Shown piece after piece: positions 48,196-57,850 of a stretch of 64,000 nt of DNA. Positions within the stretch are counted from its first letter, which is position 1. The number at the start of each line of letters is the position of its first letter. A model generated the notes under the pieces. The model did not search any database. It was given only the letters and a program-made list of their open reading frames with translations, and was not told the DNA's origin. The stretch is from an uncultured Chitinophagaceae bacterium (GTDB lineage: Bacteria; Bacteroidota; Bacteroidia; Chitinophagales; Chitinophagaceae), in assembly GCA_947085175.1 (NCBI GenBank), contig CAMTVJ010000004.1:150541-214540 (forward strand), read 5' to 3'. The translations under genes were made by a program, and so were the position numbers.

Positions 48196-49920
48196 TTAAT
48201 ATCCTCTTGCATCATCATCACCTCTTTTATCGGCTATGGTCATTATTTTTTTATTCATAATAAGAATCAGTTCCGTTCTTCCAATATTACTTCTAGGGTT
48301 TACTTTATATCCCATTGCTTCCAGTTCGGCTTTGACCGATGCAGGAAAATCTCTTTCCACAGAAATCAGGTCGGGCAACCACTGGTGATGAAATTTTGGT
48401 TTGTTCACTGCATCTTCGGCACTCATGTTAAACTCTAAAACATTTACCAGGGTTTGAAATACGCTTGTAGGAATTGTTGTACCACCTGGAGTACCTACTA
48501 CTAAATAGGGATTACCATCTTTTAAAACTAAGGTAGGCGTCATACTACTCAGCATTCGTTTACCTGGAGCGATGGCATTTTTTTCGTTACCCAATGCACC
48601 ATACATATTGGGTACTCCTGGTTTAACACTAAAGTCGTCCATCTCATTATTTAATAAAAAGCCAGCTCCTGATACCACCGTACGGCTACCATATCCACCA
48701 TTTAAAGTGGTAGTAACTGAAACGGCATTGCCTGCTGCATCTATTACACTCAAATGGGTTGTTTCTTCACTTTCAGGAATATTTCCAGCCTTAATAGTTT
48801 TGCTGTTGCTTGCTTTCCCAGGGGTAAAATCTTTCATTCTTTCATTTAAATAGTCATGACTCAACATCTTTTTTACCGGCACTTTCACAAAATCGGGGTC
48901 ACCTAAAAATTCGGCTCTGTCGGCATAAGCCCGTCTTTCTACTTCGGTCATTAACTGAACAGAAGCAGCCGTTTGAAATTGCATAATAGCAATATCTTTA
49001 TCTTCAATCATCCTCATCATTTGCTGTAATATAATACCACCACTACTGGGTAATGGCATGGTTATCACTTGATAGCCTTTGTACATAAAGTCAATAACTT
49101 CTCTTTCCTTAGCCTCGTAGTTTTTTAAATCTTCCAAGCTAATGATTCCTTTTCCTTTGTTCATTTCGGCCACAATCAGTTTGGCAGTTTCACCTTCATA
49201 AAAGCCTTTTTTGCCCAAATCCCTGATTCTTTTTAAGGTATTGGCCAGCTCTTTTTGAAAAAGTGTATCGCCTGCTTTCCATGGATTTTCTTTTACATAG
49301 GCAACTGGGGAAGTATTGAGTGCAACAAATTCTTTTTTAGTATAATTAAAGGAAGAAGCTTGATCGAGGGTAATTACAAATCCAAACTCAGCTAAATCAA
49401 TGGCAGGTTGAATTAATTTGGCAAAAGGTAGTTTGGCATATTTCATACTGGCAAATAAGCCTGCTACTGTTCCTGGTACCCCAGCAGCTAAATGCCCATC
49501 TTGCGATAAATTCAATTGAGGATTCCCTTTTTCATCAAGGTACATATCCCTACTTGCTTTTCCCGGGGCTTTCTCTCTATAATCTAAAGCTATATTTTTT
49601 CCTTTGCTATTGGGTTTGTGTAAGTTTTTAAGATGAGCAATCATAAATCCACCACCACCTATATTACCGGCACCAGGGTATACTACGGCTAAAGCAAGTT
49701 GCGTAGCTATAGCTGCATCCACAGCATTACCACCCTGTTTAAGAATCTCAACCCCCACCATACTTGCCAAAGGATGTGCCGATACCACCGAACCATTTTT
49801 ACATTCAATATATTTTTGAATAGCGTATGTAAATGCTATGTTTTTGGGGAGCTGAGCTTGGGAAGTATTAAAAATTGAATTCAATAAGATACCTGCCAAC
49901 AATAGTTTGAAAAATTGCAT
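48196..49920 (-). CDS. ggt: gamma-glutamyltransferase
   Basis: Signal peptide 'MQFFKLLLAGILL...AQ'; start taken at ATG 49920 because the track start 49938 is TTG. Autoprocessing Thr context 'ESEETTHLSVIDAAGNAVS' and 'GTPGGTTIP'. Confidence 0.9.
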   Translation of the reverse strand: MQFFKLLLAGILLNSIFNTSQAQLPKNIAFTYAIQKYIECKNGSVVSAHPLASMVGVEILKQGGNAVDAAIATQLALAVVYPGAGNIGGGGFMIAHLKNLHKPNSKGKNIALDYREKAPGKASRDMYLDEKGNPQLNLSQDGHLAAGVPGTVAGLFASMKYAKLPFAKLIQPAIDLAEFGFVITLDQASSFNYTKKEFVALNTSPVAYVKENPWKAGDTLFQKELANTLKRIRDLGKKGFYEGETAKLIVAEMNKGKGIISLEDLKNYEAKEREVIDFMYKGYQVITMPLPSSGGIILQQMMRMIEDKDIAIMQFQTAASVQLMTEVERRAYADRAEFLGDPDFVKVPVKKMLSHDYLNERMKDFTPGKASNSKTIKAGNIPESEETTHLSVIDAAGNAVSVTTTLNGGYGSRTVVSGAGFLLNNEMDDFSVKPGVPNMYGALGNEKNAIAPGKRMLSSMTPTLVLKDGNPYLVVGTPGGTTIPTSVFQTLVNVLEFNMSAEDAVNKPKFHHQWLPDLISVERDFPASVKAELEAMGYKVNPRSNIGRTELILIMNKKIMTIADKRGDDDARGY

Positions 49921-50079
49921 ACTGTTTCTTTTGCTCAATTTACTTTATTAGACTCAAAAATGAGAAAGGAATGTTCGATTTTCGTTCTATTAAAATTTCT
50001 TATGTTAACATTAAGGATAAGTGGAATGCCTAAGTCATCTGCTTTCTTTATTTTCACAGAATATTTTTAAAAATTTACA

Positions 50080-52593
50080 ATGAAAAATACACTGCTAATT
50101 ATTGCTTTTTTACTTTTTGCAGGGATAGCTAATGCTCAGTTAAAATCGCCTGATGCTTTTTTGGGTTATCCTTTGGGACAAAAGTTTACACCGCATTATA
50201 AGATTGTTAATTATTTCAATCAGGCAGCATTGGTTATGCCGCAGATGATGAAATTGGAGAAATATGGCGAAACCAATGAAGGCAAAGAATTGTTACTAGC
50301 CTATGTTTCTACAACAGAAAATATGGCTAGGCTTGAGGAAATCCGTAAAAATAATTTAAGACTTACAGGGATATTAAAAGATAAACCTGCAGATATTAAT
50401 GCTCCCACAATCGTTTGGCTAAGCTATAATGTGCATGGCAATGAGGCCAGTTCGTCCGAAGTGTCAATGAAGACTTTGTTTGAATTACTTAACCCTTCCA
50501 ATCACCAAACAAAAGAGTGGTTAAAAAATGTGGTAGTGATTATTGATCCTTGTTTAAACCCAGATGGGAGAGACAGATATGTACACTGGTACACACAAAT
50601 GCAAGGAAAAAATTCAGATGTAAATGTGGTAAGCAGGGAACATAGAGAGCCTTGGCCCGGAGGTAGATTGAACCATTATAATTTTGATTTAAACCGTGAT
50701 TGGGCCTGGCAAACCCAGGTTGAAACACAGGGGCGAATAAAAAAATACAATGAGTGGATGCCACAAATTCATTGCGATTTTCATGAGCAAGGCATTAATA
50801 ATCCTTACTTTTTTGCTCCGGCTGCCGAGCCTTTGCATGAAGTAATTACGCCATGGCAACGCCAGTTTCAAAATACGATTGGTCGCAATCATGCTAAATA
50901 TTTTGATGCCAATGGCTGGTTGTATTTCACCAAGGAAGTTTTTGATTTGTTTTATCCAGCCTATGGCGATACATATCCTACTTATAATGGAGCAATAGGT
51001 ATGACTTATGAGCAAGCAGGGCATAGCCAGGGTGGATTAGCCGTAATGACTAATGATGGCGATACCCTTACTTTATATGACAGGATTGCCCATCATTTCA
51101 CCACTAGTATGAGCACTATTGAAATTGCATCTGGCAACGCCAATAAATTATTACAAGAGTTTAAAAAATATTTTGATGATGCCAATACAACTGGAATTGG
51201 CCCCTATAAAACTTATATCATCACCGAAAATAATGTTGGGAAAAGAAATGCGGTGCAAAAATTCTTTGATGCCAATGGTATTGTTTATGGCAGTGCTGAT
51301 GGACTTGGCTTAAAAGGATACAATTACTTTACAGGAAAAGATGAAACTTTTGCCGCAGCTAATAGTTTAGCTGTAAGTGCCTATCAACCAAAATCTGCTT
51401 TGGTAAAAGTACTTTTTGAACCTAAGTCAAAATTAAGTGACTCGGTTACTTATGATATTACAGCCTGGAGTTTACCTTATGTGTATGGGTTACAATCCTA
51501 TGCTGTAAAAGAAAAAATGGTATTAAGTAATTACCAGCAAGCTAAAAATGAGAGTGCAATTTCTACATCAGCTTACGGTTATTTGATTAAATACAATTCA
51601 TTTGCCGATGTAAAGTTTTTAACTACTATTTTAAATGCTGGTATAAAAGTAAGATTGGCTGAGAAAGATTTTGTTTTTAATAAAAAGACTTTTTCAAAAG
51701 GAACGCTAATTGTTTTGAAAAAGGGGAATGAAACAAAGATGACTCAGTTTGTGGATATGGCAGTTGCCTACAATGCATCTGTTACTGAGGTGAGTGGAGG
51801 GTTTATGGAAGCAGGGTTTGATTTTGGTAGCGAGAAAGTTCAGTTGTTAAAAAAGCCAAGAGTGGCTTTGTTAACTGGTAATGGAATTAATGCTAATGCT
51901 GCCGGTGAAGTTTGGCATTTGTTTGATCAACAATTGAATTATCCTATCAGCCTTTTAAATGCCGAAACAGTGAGCAGCAGTCAATTAAAAAATATGGATG
52001 TGCTGATATTACCTGATGGAGGCTATAAGTTTTTAAAAGATAAAGAGTCGGCTGCAGACATAAAAATGTGGGTACAGCAGGGAGGTAAAATAATTGCCCT
52101 GGATAATGCAGCGGTGCAGGTTGCTAAAGTAGATTGGGGTATTAAACTTAAAAAAGATGATAAGGATGACAAGGATGATAAAAAAGGCGATAAAAAAGAT
52201 GGAGATATTTATGCCGACTTGAAAAGGTATGAAAACAGGGAAAGAGATGAAATTGTAAACAGTATCTCAGGTGCTATTTATAAAGTAGAAATGGATGATT
52301 CACATCCCCTGGCATTTGGATATGGGAAAGACTATTTTTCATTGAAATTGGGTGGTGATTTATTTGAGTTCATGAGTGAAGGCTGGAATGTGGGCGTAAT
52401 TAAAAAGGAAACACAAGCCGCAGGATTTGTAGGTAGTAAAACCATACAAAAGATAAAGGATGGTACAGTAATAGGGGTAAAGCCCTTAGGAAACGGGTCG
52501 GTCATAATTTTTGCCGACGATCCAGTATTTCGCAATTTTTGGGAAAATGGAAAGATGTTGTTGGCGAATGCTGTGTTTTTAGTAGGTCAATAA
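50080..52593 (+). CDS. M14-family zinc carboxypeptidase with a long C-terminal extension
   Basis: 837 aa with a signal peptide, zinc site 'NVHGNEASS' (HxxE) and a downstream 'DFHEQG'. KD-rich linker 'KKDDKDDKDDKKGDKKDGD'. Confidence 0.8.
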   Translation: MKNTLLIIAFLLFAGIANAQLKSPDAFLGYPLGQKFTPHYKIVNYFNQAALVMPQMMKLEKYGETNEGKELLLAYVSTTENMARLEEIRKNNLRLTGILKDKPADINAPTIVWLSYNVHGNEASSSEVSMKTLFELLNPSNHQTKEWLKNVVVIIDPCLNPDGRDRYVHWYTQMQGKNSDVNVVSREHREPWPGGRLNHYNFDLNRDWAWQTQVETQGRIKKYNEWMPQIHCDFHEQGINNPYFFAPAAEPLHEVITPWQRQFQNTIGRNHAKYFDANGWLYFTKEVFDLFYPAYGDTYPTYNGAIGMTYEQAGHSQGGLAVMTNDGDTLTLYDRIAHHFTTSMSTIEIASGNANKLLQEFKKYFDDANTTGIGPYKTYIITENNVGKRNAVQKFFDANGIVYGSADGLGLKGYNYFTGKDETFAAANSLAVSAYQPKSALVKVLFEPKSKLSDSVTYDITAWSLPYVYGLQSYAVKEKMVLSNYQQAKNESAISTSAYGYLIKYNSFADVKFLTTILNAGIKVRLAEKDFVFNKKTFSKGTLIVLKKGNETKMTQFVDMAVAYNASVTEVSGGFMEAGFDFGSEKVQLLKKPRVALLTGNGINANAAGEVWHLFDQQLNYPISLLNAETVSSSQLKNMDVLILPDGGYKFLKDKESAADIKMWVQQGGKIIALDNAAVQVAKVDWGIKLKKDDKDDKDDKKGDKKDGDIYADLKRYENRERDEIVNSISGAIYKVEMDDSHPLAFGYGKDYFSLKLGGDLFEFMSEGWNVGVIKKETQAAGFVGSKTIQKIKDGTVIGVKPLGNGSVIIFADDPVFRNFWENGKMLLANAVFLVGQ

Positions 52594-52597
52594 TTTA

Positions 52598-55105
52598 ATG
52601 TTCAAAATAAATATTATGGTAAAGAAATGGCTCACCGCATTTTTAATTTTTAATCTTTCTTTTTTAATTGCCTTTGCTCAGGCTCCTAAATCATACACTT
52701 CATCTGAAGTTTTATTGCAACTAAAAAAGCTCAATATTTTGGGTTCTGTGTTATATGTTGCTGCACATCCCGATGATGAGAATACAAGGTTGTTGAGTTA
52801 TTTGGCTAATGAAAAATTGTATCGCACCGGTTATTTAAGTATGACGAGAGGTGATGGTGGGCAAAATTTAATTGGTGATGAACAAGGGGTAGATCTTGGA
52901 TTAATCCGCACACAGGAATTGCTTGCAGCAAGACGAATTGATGGAGCTGAACAATTCTTTACTACTGCTTTTGATTTTGGATACAGTAAAAGTCCGGAAG
53001 AAACCTTTAAAATGTGGAATCACGAAAAAGTATTGAGCGATGTTGTGTGGGTAATAAGGAAATTTAAGCCTGATGTGATTATTACTCGTTTTCCTACTAC
53101 TGGCGAAGGAGGGCACGGGCATCATACCGCTTCAGGCATTATAGCCGTAGAAGCCTTTGATGCAGCAGCTGACCCAAGCAGATTTCCTGAACAATTAAAA
53201 CATGGAGTTACAGTTTGGCAGGCCAAAAGATTGCTTTGGAATAGTTTTAATTTTGGGGGAACTAATACCCAGCGTGAAGATCAGTTTAAAATGGACTGTG
53301 GAGATTATAACCCCATCCTTGGTAAAAGTTATGGCGAAATTGCAGCAGCAAGTCGTAGTCAACATAAGAGTCAGGGGTTTGGAGTTCCTTCTCAAAGAGG
53401 AACGATAATGGAATATTTTAAAACCATTAAAGGTACAGCCCCTGTTATTGATTTATTTGATGATATTGCGGTGAGTTGGAACAGGATTAATGAAGCTGGA
53501 ATAACCAATCAGGTAAACCAGATTATCAGCAATTTTAATGTAGAGCAACCTCATAAATCTTTATTAGCGCTAACTAAATTGTATAAAAAAGTTGAGTTAG
53601 TTAAAGATGAATATTGGAGAACACAAAAGTTAAAATCCTTAACTGATTTAATTGAAAGTAGCAGCGGATTATTTATGGAAGCAACTACAAAAAGTCAGTT
53701 TGCTGTGCAGGGCGACTCCATGAAAGTAAACTTAGTTGTGAATAATAGAACTGGGGCAAATATTTTGAGTGCCGATGTTTTTATTGATAATACTTATTTA
53801 ATTTTTGATCAGCTAAAGAAGAATGATAATGCGGTAAAAAATTACAGCATGTTTATCCATCCAACTACTAAACCTACACAACCCTATTGGTTGCAAAATC
53901 CCATGAATGAAGGGAGTTTTAATGTTACTGATCAACTGCAAGTAGGTAAAGGAGAATCTGATCCAATATCAGTTGTTTTTTCTGCAATGATTGAAGGAAC
54001 TGAGTTTAAATTTGTAAAACCTATTCGCTATAAATTTACCGATCCAGTGAAAGGGGAATTGTATCAGCCAGTTTCCATCTTGCCAAAATTGGAATTGAAT
54101 TATGATGGCAATGTGTTTTTAGCTATCAATAAAAAACCAGTTGAAATAAAAACCCAGATCAAGTCAAATATTACTGACTCAATAAAATATAATGTGCAAA
54201 AACAAAGCACTTCAAGAATAACCAATTCTAGTAATCCGTTTGTTTATTACAATAATGTTAGTCAAAGTAAAAAAACAGAATCATCAGTATTTATTGTAAA
54301 TGGAGTTGATGAGGATTATATAGAAGAAATAAAATTGCAGGCTACTGATGGAGATGCGGTTTTCAATCAGTATAAAAAAGCCATAGAGTACGATCATATT
54401 CCATCTATCGTTTATTTTCATGATGCTACAGCCAAAATTTCTAAAATAGATTTAAGAATAGAAGGGAATTTTGTGGGGTATATTCCCGGAGCAGGTGATA
54501 AAATACCAGATGCATTACTGCAAATGGGATATAAAGTAGTAACACTTAAAGAGCAAGATATTACAGCTGCTAATTTAAAACAGCTAGATGCTATTGTTAC
54601 CGGGGTTAGAGCATACAATACGAACGATTGGATGAATAATGTTTACGACGAACTAATGCAGTATGTAAGTGAAGGAGGCGTTTTAATGGTTCAATACAAT
54701 ACCAGTAATCAATTTGGTCCGGTGAAGGCAAAAATATCGCCCTATCCATTTAATATTACACGTAATAGAATTACTGATAATGATGCTACGGTTAATTTTC
54801 TATTACCCAATCATCCAGCAGTGAATCATCCTAATAAATTAACTCAAAACGATTTTAAAGGTTGGGTTCAGGAGCGTAGTATTTATCATGCGGAAACAAC
54901 TGACACAGCGTTTAAGAAAATCTTTAGCATGAAAGATCCTGGTGAAAAAGAGCATGATGGTAGTTTAATTATTGCCAATTATGGTAAAGGAAGATTTGTA
55001 TATTCAGGTTTGGTTTTCTTTAGAGAATTACCTGCAGCTGTGCCGGGTGCCTATCGCCTGTTTGCCAACTTAATAGCTAACAACAGAAGTAAATACGTAA
55101 AATAA
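52598..55105 (+). CDS. PIG-L/LmbE-family deacetylase with a long C-terminal extension
   Basis: 835 aa with a signal peptide. 'VAAHPDDENTRL' and 'EGGHGHHTASG' are the LmbE zinc motifs. Starts 4 nt after the M14 gene. Confidence 0.8.
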   Translation: MFKINIMVKKWLTAFLIFNLSFLIAFAQAPKSYTSSEVLLQLKKLNILGSVLYVAAHPDDENTRLLSYLANEKLYRTGYLSMTRGDGGQNLIGDEQGVDLGLIRTQELLAARRIDGAEQFFTTAFDFGYSKSPEETFKMWNHEKVLSDVVWVIRKFKPDVIITRFPTTGEGGHGHHTASGIIAVEAFDAAADPSRFPEQLKHGVTVWQAKRLLWNSFNFGGTNTQREDQFKMDCGDYNPILGKSYGEIAAASRSQHKSQGFGVPSQRGTIMEYFKTIKGTAPVIDLFDDIAVSWNRINEAGITNQVNQIISNFNVEQPHKSLLALTKLYKKVELVKDEYWRTQKLKSLTDLIESSSGLFMEATTKSQFAVQGDSMKVNLVVNNRTGANILSADVFIDNTYLIFDQLKKNDNAVKNYSMFIHPTTKPTQPYWLQNPMNEGSFNVTDQLQVGKGESDPISVVFSAMIEGTEFKFVKPIRYKFTDPVKGELYQPVSILPKLELNYDGNVFLAINKKPVEIKTQIKSNITDSIKYNVQKQSTSRITNSSNPFVYYNNVSQSKKTESSVFIVNGVDEDYIEEIKLQATDGDAVFNQYKKAIEYDHIPSIVYFHDATAKISKIDLRIEGNFVGYIPGAGDKIPDALLQMGYKVVTLKEQDITAANLKQLDAIVTGVRAYNTNDWMNNVYDELMQYVSEGGVLMVQYNTSNQFGPVKAKISPYPFNITRNRITDNDATVNFLLPNHPAVNHPNKLTQNDFKGWVQERSIYHAETTDTAFKKIFSMKDPGEKEHDGSLIIANYGKGRFVYSGLVFFRELPAAVPGAYRLFANLIANNRSKYVK

Positions 55106-55144
55106 ATTGGGTTACCGTTTGGGTATTTCAGTGAAACTAAATAA

Positions 55145-55249
55145 ATGAAAAACGAAAAATCATATTGGAATAAATGGTACCTGGCAGTATTGCTGTTCCT
55201 GGTATTACAAATCATTATTTATTATTTGATAACCAAGTCATTTTCATGA
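55145..55249 (+). CDS. 34-codon single-TM micro-ORF translationally coupled to the symporter
   Basis: MKNEKSYWNKWYLAVLLFLVLQIIIYYLITKSFS*. Its TGA overlaps the symporter ATG (ATGA at 55246-55249). Too short for the ORF track. Confidence 0.45.
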   Translation: MKNEKSYWNKWYLAVLLFLVLQIIIYYLITKSFS

Positions 55250-56874
55250 GTAGTATAGACTGGGCCATATTGTGTTTTACACTAAGTGGAATTATTATTT
55301 ATGGTATTTATAAAAGCCGAACCACTAAAAATCTGGAGGGTTATTTTTTAAGTAATCGGTCGTTGCCATGGTATTTGGTGTTGTTAAGCATTATGGGTAC
55401 ACAGGCCAGTGCCATAACTTTTTTAACTGGTCCCGGACAAGCTTATAGTGATGGAATGCGGTTTGTTCAATATTATTTTGGTTTGCCTTTCGCAATGATT
55501 ATCATCAGTATATTCTTTGTTCCAGTTTACAGTCGGTTGAAAGTATATACGGCGTATGAATTTTTGGAGAACCGTTTCGACCTAAAAACCAGAACACTCA
55601 CTTCCTTTTTATTTTTGGTTTCAAGGGGCCTAAGTACTGGTATCAGTATTTATGCACCTTCCATTGTTTTAAGCTCTTTAATGGGCTGGAATATTTATTA
55701 CACCAACTTAGTGATGGGTGGGTTGTTGATAATTTATACAATGAGTGGAGGTGCAAAAGCGGTGGCACATACCCAAAAGCTGCAAATGATTATTGTGTTT
55801 ATTGCTTTGTTTTTGGTGGGATATATGGCGGTTAATTTATTGCCGGATGCCATTGGGTTTGTTGGTGCTTTGCAAAAAAGTGGAGAGATGGGTAAGATGA
55901 ATATCATTACCACTGGCTTTACCGAAAACGGATTTGATTGGAAAGACAAATACAATATTTGGAGTGGATTGATTGGTGGATTTTTTCTGTCACTAAGTTA
56001 TTTTGGAACCGATCATAGCCAGGTGGGGAGGTATCTTACCGCTAAAGATGTAAAAGAAAGCAGAAGAGGTTTGTTAATGAATGGATTGGTGAAAGTGCCT
56101 ATGCAGTTTTTTATTTTGTTGCTAGGCATATTGATATTTTCGTTTTATCAGTTTCACAAAGCGCCCATTTATTTTGATCAGGCTAAAGTAAGCATCGCAA
56201 AAGAAACTGTGTACAAGGATCAATTAAATGTGCTTGAAGGAAAGTATACTGTTGCAATAAATACAAATGCTATTAAGGAAACTAAGTCATTAAGAGCCGA
56301 ATACAAAGAGGTTTTGCAAAAAGCCCTACCAGGGCAAGATACAAACGATAATAACTATATCTTCCTTCGATTTGTGATGGATTACCTGCCCCAGGGACTA
56401 ATAGGGCTAATTATTGCCATCATATTTTTAGCCAGCTGGGGTAGTATTGCGGCAGCATTAAATTCCTTGGCAGCATGTACAGTAATTGATTTTCATAAAA
56501 AGTTTTTTGTAAAAGAAGAAACTGAAATTAAGGATTACAGGGTTTCGCAATGGTACACATTTGGTTGGGGGGTGTTTTGTATTATTATTGCCATGTTTGC
56601 CCAAAACATTGGTAACAGTTTAATTGAAGCAGTCAATATCCTTGGTTCACTTTTCTATGGAGTAATCCTGGGTATCTTCCTGGTAGCTTTTGGGATTAAG
56701 TATATTAAAGGACACGCTGTGTTTTATTCAGCGATCATTTCAGAAATATTGATTGTATTTATTTATCAGCAAAACATTGTTTCCTTTCTTTGGTTAAATG
56801 CCATTGGCGCAATCCTGGTAATTTTCTTTGCCATGCTTTTTCAAATTTTTCATAAACAAAAAGCGATGCAGTAA
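55246..56874 (+). CDS. sodium:solute symporter (SSS family)
   Basis: About 542 aa and 13-14 TM segments. The N-terminus 'MSSIDWAILCFTLSGIIIYGIY' and 'LPWYLVLLSIMGTQASAITFL.GPG' are SSS-like. I prefer ATG 55246 over the track's 55174. Confidence 0.85.
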   Translation: MSSIDWAILCFTLSGIIIYGIYKSRTTKNLEGYFLSNRSLPWYLVLLSIMGTQASAITFLTGPGQAYSDGMRFVQYYFGLPFAMIIISIFFVPVYSRLKVYTAYEFLENRFDLKTRTLTSFLFLVSRGLSTGISIYAPSIVLSSLMGWNIYYTNLVMGGLLIIYTMSGGAKAVAHTQKLQMIIVFIALFLVGYMAVNLLPDAIGFVGALQKSGEMGKMNIITTGFTENGFDWKDKYNIWSGLIGGFFLSLSYFGTDHSQVGRYLTAKDVKESRRGLLMNGLVKVPMQFFILLLGILIFSFYQFHKAPIYFDQAKVSIAKETVYKDQLNVLEGKYTVAINTNAIKETKSLRAEYKEVLQKALPGQDTNDNNYIFLRFVMDYLPQGLIGLIIAIIFLASWGSIAAALNSLAACTVIDFHKKFFVKEETEIKDYRVSQWYTFGWGVFCIIIAMFAQNIGNSLIEAVNILGSLFYGVILGIFLVAFGIKYIKGHAVFYSAIISEILIVFIYQQNIVSFLWLNAIGAILVIFFAMLFQIFHKQKAMQ

Positions 56875-56887
56875 TGCATCGCTTTTG
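56861..56887 (+). terminator. hairpin terminator overlapping the symporter stop codon
   Basis: 'gcgatgca-gtaa-tgcatcgc' followed by 'ttttg'. Confidence 0.6.
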
Positions 56888-56913
56888 TAAATATTAAAAC
56901 TTTGATTGTAAGA

Positions 56914-57747
56914 CTATTTCAATTTTTTCTGTAAATCCATATTCATTTTTATATAATCATCATTCTTTGCAGCCTTAGCTAAGTCAAGTGATTTTTTAGA
57001 ACTTTCCATGGCACCTGCATTGTCACCCATGTCATGTTGAATCTTTGCTTTGTATATGAATATCCAAAAGGCTTTGTCATTTGCTTCCGTAGCTTTAGTT
57101 ACATACTCAAGTGCTTTTGGTAAATTTTTATCGTACTCATAAAAAAACTGAGCTGCTTGCCAATAAGGCTTCTTATCAGTTTGTAAAGCGGCATTAAGTT
57201 GAGCTCTTACTTTATCTTTTATATTTACTGTTACAGGAATGCTAACGATTGTCTTATCCCACATTATGTCAAGGTTGCAGCTTTCTGCCATGATGTTTGA
57301 AAATTGCATGGTAAAAGTTTCGGCCCTGTTTTTTAATTTCATAGGAGATACTTTAAACCTTGCAACATCTTCCGATTCTTTATAACCATCTGTTCCCCAA
57401 TTGGAAAGTCCTTTGTTAATGATGATCTCCCAGGAATCAACCCCTGGAATACTGTACAAAACATAAGTACCAGTATCTACTTTTTTGCCACCCAATTCTA
57501 CTGCATCTTTAAAAATAATTTTTGTAGCGGCATTGGCACCAGTACGCCAAACTTTATTATAAGGCACCAAGTCTCCAAATATCTTTCTATCCTTAGCAGA
57601 AGGCCTAGAATATGTCAATTCAATTGAGGAAAGGCCAAAGTCCTGCTTTAAAGTTTGAGTAGGAGAAGGTGCAGGCATTTTTACTTGAGCTATACTTACA
57701 ATTGGAATACTGAAAAGTAAGATGACAAGTGTTAATATTCTTTGCAT
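56914..57747 (-). CDS. DUF2911-like secreted protein with TPR-like C-terminus
   Basis: 277 aa with a signal peptide. 'VWRTGANAATKIIF...GTYVLYSIP' resembles DUF2911. Confidence 0.65.
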   Translation of the reverse strand: MQRILTLVILLFSIPIVSIAQVKMPAPSPTQTLKQDFGLSSIELTYSRPSAKDRKIFGDLVPYNKVWRTGANAATKIIFKDAVELGGKKVDTGTYVLYSIPGVDSWEIIINKGLSNWGTDGYKESEDVARFKVSPMKLKNRAETFTMQFSNIMAESCNLDIMWDKTIVSIPVTVNIKDKVRAQLNAALQTDKKPYWQAAQFFYEYDKNLPKALEYVTKATEANDKAFWIFIYKAKIQHDMGDNAGAMESSKKSLDLAKAAKNDDYIKMNMDLQKKLK

Positions 57748-57850
57748 AACTAATTTGTTTTATTAATAAAGTTACTAAGATTAAGTGCTTTGTTGGATAG
57801 TAAATGATAAATGGGGAAAAACTTGCTTAAATAATTAGAAAGTAAAGGGA

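Noticed and set aside
52141-52210. Repetitive gat-aag-gat-gac-aag... tract.
   Set aside because: It encodes a Lys/Asp-rich low-complexity linker (KKDDKDDKDDKKGDKKDGD) inside the M14 protein. It is not a DNA-level repeat element.
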